NCBI GenBank assembly: GCA_037381445.1
Contig: JARRQT010000078.1
Span: 1 to 12,836, forward strand
Source of the DNA: Calditrichia bacterium
Lineage (GTDB): Bacteria; Calditrichota; Calditrichia; RBG-13-44-9
Direction: 5' to 3'
DNA length: 12,836 bases
Part shown: one piece after another, positions 8,083-12,836 of the stretch
Position numbering within the stretch: the stretch's first letter is position 1
Layout: each line of letters starts with the position of its first letter
Program-made: the position numbers and the translations under genes
The notes under the pieces: model-generated
Told to the model about the DNA's origin: nothing
The model's database searches: none
What the model saw: only the letters and a program-made list of their open reading frames with translations

Positions 8083-8782
8083 TTCCCTCCTCCTTTCCGT
8101 TCTCCCCATTCCAGCCGTTTCCGTTACCGTTTTCCCTGATTCCCAGCGCGTCCGGCGCAATCTCTTTCAGCAGGGTCTCATAATAGGGATGATCTTCGTC
8201 CTGCACATCTATCAGGTCTTCAATTTCCTTCAGCTTCGGCAAATCAGTCAGTGAATTGATTCCGAAATATTCCAGAAATTTTTTGGTGGTTTTATAGAGA
8301 AAGGGATTTCCCGGTGTCTGGGCGCGGCCGGCGATCGTTATCAGGTTACGGGACATGAGCGTCCGCACCACCCCGTCCACGTTCACGCCGCGGATTTCCT
8401 CAATTTCGTGCCTGGTAACCGGCTGTTTATAGGCGATGATTGCCATGGTTTCCAGCGCTTTCTGGGTGAGCCGGGATTTTTGTTTATCCAGATAAAGCTG
8501 GTCCACATAATTCGCATATTCCGGCAGCGTAAACATCTGATATCCCCCGGCGATTGACTTGATCTCAAACGAGCGGCCGGAAGACCGGTAGTGTTCGTTT
8601 AACGCTTCCACCGCAATCTGGATTTCTTTCGGGGTGAAATCCGGTATGATTTCCCGGATCCGCTGCTCATTTAAAGGCGTGTCGCTGCTGAAAATAAGCG
8701 CCTCCAAAACCGGCACAAACGGCCGTTTTTCTTCTGCGATTTGACTAAAAATTTCCTGTATGGGTTCTTCCTTCATATTCAT
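8057..8782 (-). CDS. scpB: SMC-Scp complex subunit ScpB
   Basis: LEALIFSSDTPL, IAGGYQMFTLPEY, LTQKALETMAIIAYKQPVTRHEIEEIRGVNVD, GRAQTPGNPFLYKTTKKFLEYFGINSLTDLP. Confidence 0.97.
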   Translation of the reverse strand: MNMKEEPIQEIFSQIAEEKRPFVPVLEALIFSSDTPLNEQRIREIIPDFTPKEIQIAVEALNEHYRSSGRSFEIKSIAGGYQMFTLPEYANYVDQLYLDKQKSRLTQKALETMAIIAYKQPVTRHEIEEIRGVNVDGVVRTLMSRNLITIAGRAQTPGNPFLYKTTKKFLEYFGINSLTDLPKLKEIEDLIDVQDEDHPYYETLLKEIAPDALGIRENGNGNGWNGENGKEEGNEGTENPA

Positions 8783-8918
8783 ATCTGATCATTAAAATTA
8801 AACGGGAATTTAAGGCACGGATTAAATCATAACAAATGCTCATGCAAATTAATAGTTTTTCATGAAAGTATCAGGTTTCCATACAGCGGTTCGTGAACCA
8901 GCATTCCAATGAACAGGA

Positions 8919-9719
8919 TCATTCTTCCGGCGGAATTTCCGTTTCCGGCTGACTCCTCAGTTCTTCATCACGGATTTCCAGATATTTCCGCATATCCAGT
9001 TCCTGCGTGGGAATCAGCCGGATTTCCCCGAACACATCCGACTGTTTCGCCGCCATGAAATGAAGGCGTATGAGGTCCAGTACCGCCATGAAGGTGACGA
9101 TCAGCTCAATTTTGCTTTTGATGGATTGGGTGACCTCGCGGAACAACGCGTAGGGCCGGTTTTCCATCTTCTTAAAAATATATTCCACCTGGTGCTGTAT
9201 GGTCACCTTTATCACATTGACCTTGTGAACCGTGACCTTGGGCATGTTATCCAGCGCCATTTTAAAAGCGGTAAGCAGATCGAAGAGAGAAACGTCGTTC
9301 AGCAGTTCATCTTCTTCCGAGGACTGAACTTCCGTGACCTGGCGGGGAATGCGGCGGGCATAATATCTGCGCTGCTCCTCCTCCAGATCGCCGAATGAGC
9401 CTGCCGCATCTTTGAATTGCTGATATTCAATCAGCTGGGCCACCAGTTTCGCGCGGGGATCCTCAATCTCCTCATCGCCTTCCGCCTCCGGCTGAGGGAG
9501 GAGCATTCGCACTTTGATGAGCATGAGGGTGGCGACCATTTCGATAAACTCTCCCGCAATGTCCAGATCCAGCATGGTCATCAGTTCCACGTATTCGAGA
9601 TACTGGTGGGTGATCTCCGCGATGGGAATATCATAAATATCCACTTCATTCTTCCGGATCAGATAGATCAGAAGATCGAAGGGCCCCTCGAAGATGGGCA
9701 ATTTTATCTTATATGCCAT
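8919..9719 (-). CDS. scpA: Segregation and condensation protein ScpA (kleisin)
   Basis: YKIKLPIFEGPFDLLIYLIRKNEVDIYDIPIAEITHQYL, EFIEMVATLMLIKVRMLLP, EDPRAKLVAQLIEYQQFK, IVTFMAVLDLIR, QSDVFGEI. Confidence 0.97.
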   Translation of the reverse strand: MAYKIKLPIFEGPFDLLIYLIRKNEVDIYDIPIAEITHQYLEYVELMTMLDLDIAGEFIEMVATLMLIKVRMLLPQPEAEGDEEIEDPRAKLVAQLIEYQQFKDAAGSFGDLEEEQRRYYARRIPRQVTEVQSSEEDELLNDVSLFDLLTAFKMALDNMPKVTVHKVNVIKVTIQHQVEYIFKKMENRPYALFREVTQSIKSKIELIVTFMAVLDLIRLHFMAAKQSDVFGEIRLIPTQELDMRKYLEIRDEELRSQPETEIPPEE

Positions 9720-9767
9720 AATACTCAGTCAACATATTTGATTCTTCCTGTGCCGGCCAGATTGTGC

Positions 9768-9796
9768 CCGGCCCCCAAAACTACAGCGGGGTCCGG
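9768..9796. other. GC-rich hairpin in the trpS-scpA spacer
   Basis: Minus strand CCGGACCCC-N11-GGGGGCCGG forms 8 of 9 pairs. No U-tract follows, so it is not called a terminator. Confidence 0.4.
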
Positions 9797-9806
9797 TCCG
9801 GAGAAA

Positions 9807-10799
9807 CTATTTATTAAAACGCAGGATGCCGGTTTGTTCCCGGACCCGGTCCATCACCTGCCGGGCGCTTTCCCGGGCCGCTTTAGCGCCCTCCTTCAGC
9901 ACATCCTTCACAAAATCGGTATCCGCCATCAGCTGCTCCCGCCGGACGCGGGCCGCCTCAAAATGATTCCAGATCTTCTCCAGCAGCTCTTTTTTGGCAT
10001 GTCCGTAGCCGTAGCCGCCCTCCCTGAACTTCCGCCGCATCTCCTCATCTTCTTCTTTGCCGGCAAAAAGTTTATACAGGGCGTAGACATTGTTCGTATC
10101 CGGGTCCTTGGGTGCTTCCAGCGGCGTGGAATCGGTCACAATACTCATGACCTTCTGCTTCAGCGCTTTCTTACCAAGAAATATATCGATAGTGTTTCCG
10201 TAACTTTTACTCATCTTCTGGCCGTCTATCCCCGGCACCACGGCCACATCCGGCAGAATGAACTCTTCCGGCACCCGCAGGGTTTCGCCGAAAGTGCCAT
10301 TGAATTTAATGGCGATATCGCGGGTCATTTCCAGATGCTGCTTCTGGTCCCTGCCCACCGGCACCACATCCGAATCATAAATCAGGATATCCGCCGCCAT
10401 CAGAACCGGGTAGGCAAACAGCCCGTGATTGGGGGCAATCCCCTTTGAAATCTTGTCCTTGTAGGAATGGGCCCGTTCCAGCAGCCCCATGGGCGTCACC
10501 GTGGAAAGGATCCAGGCAAGTTCGGTCACTTCCGGGACATCACTCTGTATAAACAGGGTCGCCTTGGCGGGGTCCAGGCCAAGGGCCAGATAATCCAGGG
10601 CCACCTGAAAAGTGGAGGAGCTTATCTTCTCTTTTTCTTTTGTGCTGGTCAGCGCGTGGTAATTGGCGACGAAGTAAAAACACTCGTTATTTTCCTGCAG
10701 CGCGATATGCTGGCGGATGGCGCCGAAATAGTTTCCGATGTGCAGCTCGCCGGAAGGCTGAATCCCGCTCAGTACGCGTTTATTTTTAATCGGCAGCAT
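9807..10799 (-). CDS. trpS: Tryptophan--tRNA ligase
   Basis: LSGIQPSGELHIGNYFGA (HIGH motif), ANYHALT, FIQSDVPE, GLFAYPVLMAADIL, VPVGRDQKQHLEMTRDIA, KMSKSYGN. A GGAAAGGGA Shine-Dalgarno-like sequence lies upstream. Confidence 0.98.
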   Translation of the reverse strand: MLPIKNKRVLSGIQPSGELHIGNYFGAIRQHIALQENNECFYFVANYHALTSTKEKEKISSSTFQVALDYLALGLDPAKATLFIQSDVPEVTELAWILSTVTPMGLLERAHSYKDKISKGIAPNHGLFAYPVLMAADILIYDSDVVPVGRDQKQHLEMTRDIAIKFNGTFGETLRVPEEFILPDVAVVPGIDGQKMSKSYGNTIDIFLGKKALKQKVMSIVTDSTPLEAPKDPDTNNVYALYKLFAGKEEDEEMRRKFREGGYGYGHAKKELLEKIWNHFEAARVRREQLMADTDFVKDVLKEGAKAARESARQVMDRVREQTGILRFNK

Positions 10800-10830
10800 G
10801 AAATATCCCTTTCCTGATTATCCGGTATTC

Positions 10831-10858
10831 ATCATATAACTTTCAAATTTAATGGCAA
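10831..10858 (-). promoter_or_regulatory. Putative promoter for trpS
   Basis: Minus strand reads TTGCCA (10858-10853), a 16-nt spacer, then TATGAT (10836-10831), about 30 nt upstream of the trpS ATG. Confidence 0.45.
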
Positions 10859-10985
10859 AATGACGGCATAAAAAGCGGCAATTAATTTCCGGAGAATTTA
10901 TTTTGATTTTATGTATGGAAATATTAAAGGAATCAAAAACAATTTTAAAGGGCTGATCGGGAACGTCTCAATGCAAAAAAGGATT

Positions 10986-11489
10986 TCACGCCATGAACAG
11001 GTATCGCTTCCAGCTTTCATCTTTGGGACCAATGACCTTCTGCAGGTAGAAAAAGTAATGGGGCTTTTTCGGCTGCTGAATAAGCTCCATTCCCGCCTGT
11101 TCGGGGGTGCGGTTGGCTTTCAGATGATTGCAGGTCTGGCAGGCCACCACCAGGTTTTCCCAGGTGTCCTTTCCGCCAAAATGTTTGGGAATCACATGGT
11201 CTATGGTCAGGGGCATGGTCTTGCGTCCGCAGTACTGGCAGGTATAATTATCGCGGATCATCAGGTTCTTGCGGTTCAGCAGGATTCGTTTTGGGGGGAC
11301 TTTTATATGCCGGGAAAGCCGGACGACGCTGGGAATGGGCAGCTCCATGCTTACCGAATGGATCCACCCGGAATTCTTCTCCACCATTTCGGCCTTCCCC
11401 AAAAAGATCAGCGTAACGGCCCGCTTCACATTACAAACCGACAACGGCTCATAATTCTGGTTCAAAAGAAGCACAGCGTGATTCAGCAT
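10986..11489 (-). CDS. HNH endonuclease (McrA/COG1403-like, Zn-finger) with a PLMP/RRXRR-like N-terminal segment
   Basis: RDNYTCQYCG (CxxC), LTIDHVIPKHFGGKDTWENLVVACQTCNHLK (DH...N...CxxCN). The N-terminus is VLLLNQNYEPLSVCNVKRAVTLIFLGKAE. The start is probably ATG 11489 (GGTGA 5 nt upstream); GTG 11501 and 11498 are alternatives. Confidence 0.93.
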   Translation of the reverse strand: MLNHAVLLLNQNYEPLSVCNVKRAVTLIFLGKAEMVEKNSGWIHSVSMELPIPSVVRLSRHIKVPPKRILLNRKNLMIRDNYTCQYCGRKTMPLTIDHVIPKHFGGKDTWENLVVACQTCNHLKANRTPEQAGMELIQQPKKPHYFFYLQKVIGPKDESWKRYLFMA

Positions 11490-11541
11490 AATTTTCACCA
11501 CAGATTTCCCAAAACATTATGAAAAAACGTTTTGGTGGAAA

Positions 11542-11571
11542 AATATACTTCATGCCTGCGGGAATTGTCAA
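11542..11571 (-). promoter_or_regulatory. Near-consensus sigma70-type promoter for the HNH gene
   Basis: Minus strand reads TTGACA (11571-11566), an 18-nt spacer, then TATATT (11547-11542), directly downstream of the terminator-like hairpin. Confidence 0.72.
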
Positions 11572-11578
11572 GCATTTT

Positions 11579-11611
11579 TAAAATCGGCGCCCCCGCCGGA
11601 CGCCGATTTTA
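11579..11611 (-). terminator. Probable intrinsic terminator of the peptidase gene (possibly bidirectional)
   Basis: Perfect 11-bp inverted repeat TAAAATCGGCG/CGCCGATTTTA, extendable to 14 bp with a G-U pair on the minus strand. It has a short U4 tract in both directions and lies about 40 nt after the stop. Confidence 0.65.
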
Positions 11612-11652
11612 TCCGGTCCTAATCCTCTGTTTCCGAACGGAAATCTGCAATA

Positions 11653-12836
11653 TTAATCCGGCTGATTCACGGACTCGAAAAACCGGGTAATGGACTGGAA
11701 CAACTGAATCCGGTCCGGAATGCTCCGGATACTGTGGGACTGATTGGGATAAACCTGGAACCGGTACAGCAGATCGCTGTCAATGAGCCGGTGAATAAAC
11801 TGTACGCTGTTCTGGAAATGCACATTATCATCGTCCGAACCGTGGGCGAGGAACAGCTTTCCTTTCAGTTGACCGGCATAATTCAGCGGCGCGCTTTCCT
11901 GGTAGCCCTTTTCATTTTCGGAAGGCAGTCCCATGTAGCGTTCCGTATAGATGCTGTCGTAATAACGCCAATCCGTTACCGGCGCCACCGCGGTTCCGGC
12001 ATGGAAGACGTCCGAATGGGTAAGCGCATAAAGCGTCATATAGCCGCCGTAACTCCAGCCCCATATGTTAATCCGGTTTGCATCCACATACGGCAGACTC
12101 TTGAGATAGGAGATGCCGCGAAGCTGGTCGATGAGCTCGATACGGCCCAGGTCGCGGTAAATGGCCGTCTCCCATTTCCTGCCCCGGTTGGCGGTGCCGC
12201 GGTTATCCATCATGAATACAATGAATCCTTTCTGGGCCATCATCTGGTGCCACGGATTGGTAAAATTTTTCGCCACCACCTGGGAATGGGGCCCGCCATA
12301 CACATAGACCAGCACCGGATATTTTTTTGCGGGATCGAAATCCGGCGGTTTTATCATGGATGCGTGGTAGGTCAGTCCGCTGTCGCTTTTTATGGTGAAA
12401 TACTCCGGCATCACCAGATTGTATTCCGAATAATCCGGGGCTTTCCTGACATTGACGTCCGCCAGAAACTTGCCGTCGGCCTGGTGCATGGAGATCTGGC
12501 CCGGCGTTAACGGAGCGGAAAAATCATCCAGATAGTATTTGGCATGGGGCGCCATGCTTATCTCATTAAAACCTTCCTTAGCGGTCAGCATCGTTTTATC
12601 CTGACCCTTCAGGTTCACCACATAAAGCTGCCGCTCCAGCAAATCTTTTTCAGTGGACACGTAATAAACCAAGCCCTTATTTTCATCAACTCCTTCCAGG
12701 GAAGTCACCGCCCAGTCGCCCTGGGTCAGCGGCTGCAGAAGCGTGCCGTTATAATCGTAGAGGTAGAGGTGATTATATCCGCTCTGCTCGGAACCCCAGA
12801 TAAAGCGGTTTTTATTTTTGAAGAAGTAGACGAAAT
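11653..12836 (-). CDS. S9B family serine peptidase (dipeptidyl-peptidase IV-like), 5'-truncated by the window edge
   Basis: Catalytic GWSYGG (12060-12043), HGSDDDNVH (Asp) and NQSHSI (His), plus YVYGGPHSQ, DNRGT and YDSIYTERYMG. The frame stays open upstream of 12708 to the edge (FIWGSEQSGYNHLYLYDYNG...LTQGDWAV, a DPP-IV beta-propeller segment). Confidence 0.95.
   Translation of the reverse strand, partial: FVYFFKNKNRFIWGSEQSGYNHLYLYDYNGTLLQPLTQGDWAVTSLEGVDENKGLVYYVSTEKDLLERQLYVVNLKGQDKTMLTAKEGFNEISMAPHAKYYLDDFSAPLTPGQISMHQADGKFLADVNVRKAPDYSEYNLVMPEYFTIKSDSGLTYHASMIKPPDFDPAKKYPVLVYVYGGPHSQVVAKNFTNPWHQMMAQKGFIVFMMDNRGTANRGRKWETAIYRDLGRIELIDQLRGISYLKSLPYVDANRINIWGWSYGGYMTLYALTHSDVFHAGTAVAPVTDWRYYDSIYTERYMGLPSENEKGYQESAPLNYAGQLKGKLFLAHGSDDDNVHFQNSVQFIHRLIDSDLLYRFQVYPNQSHSIRSIPDRIQLFQSITRFFESVNQPD

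Noticed and set aside
8083..8160. 26-aa N-terminal extension of RluB in the ORF track
   Set aside because: It lies inside scpB. ATG 8082 has a strong Shine-Dalgarno and sits just before the S4 domain.
8860..8904. Tiny minus-strand ORF MLVHEPLYGNLILS between scpA and scpB
   Set aside because: Only 14 codons, with no convincing Shine-Dalgarno or telling composition.
10800..10985. T-box riboswitch or Trp attenuator upstream of trpS
   Set aside because: No GGTGGNACCGCG T-box motif, no Trp-rich leader peptide and no terminator before the start. The best promoter candidate is only about 30 nt upstream.
10986..11501. HNH gene as Cas9/IscB, part of a restriction-modification system, or an intron-encoded homing nuclease
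   Set aside because: Too short and lacking RuvC motifs. There is no CRISPR array, methylase or TnpA nearby, and neither flanking gene is interrupted.
6756..12510. + strand ORFs opposite cmk, rluB, scpA, trpS, the HNH gene and the peptidase (e.g. 9417-10448, 10911-11522, 11734-12510)
   Set aside because: They are antisense to conserved genes and show no family signatures.
12706..12708. GTG start of the peptidase given in the ORF track
   Set aside because: The frame stays open, with DPP-IV propeller motifs, to the window edge, so the true start is outside the window.
1..12836. CRISPR arrays, tRNA/rRNA genes, transposases or long tandem repeats
   Set aside because: None seen. All spacers are under 190 bp and lack repeat-spacer periodicity or tRNA cloverleaf motifs.

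Overview
All supported genes lie on the minus strand of a mostly housekeeping bacterial region, probably from a non-Bacteroidota member of the FCB superphylum (inferred from a divergent SprA together with scpAB and TTGAC/TATATT promoters). In transcription order (right to left): a 5'-truncated S9B/DPP-IV-like peptidase, a terminator-like hairpin and near-consensus promoter, a small Zn-finger HNH nuclease, trpS, scpA, scpB, an RluB-like pseudouridine synthase, cmk, a separately promoted 2100-aa SprA (type IX secretion translocon) homologue, and the first ~52 codons of a probable exported protein. The two most notable items are the HNH protein, whose N-terminus aligns by eye with the PLMP/RRXRR motif of IscB (an IshB-like PLMP+HNH architecture) and which sits between hairpin-rich spacers, and the divergent SprA with an 82-aa disordered insertion. 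No CRISPR array, tRNA, rRNA or transposase was seen. All calls come from manual reading, not database searches.
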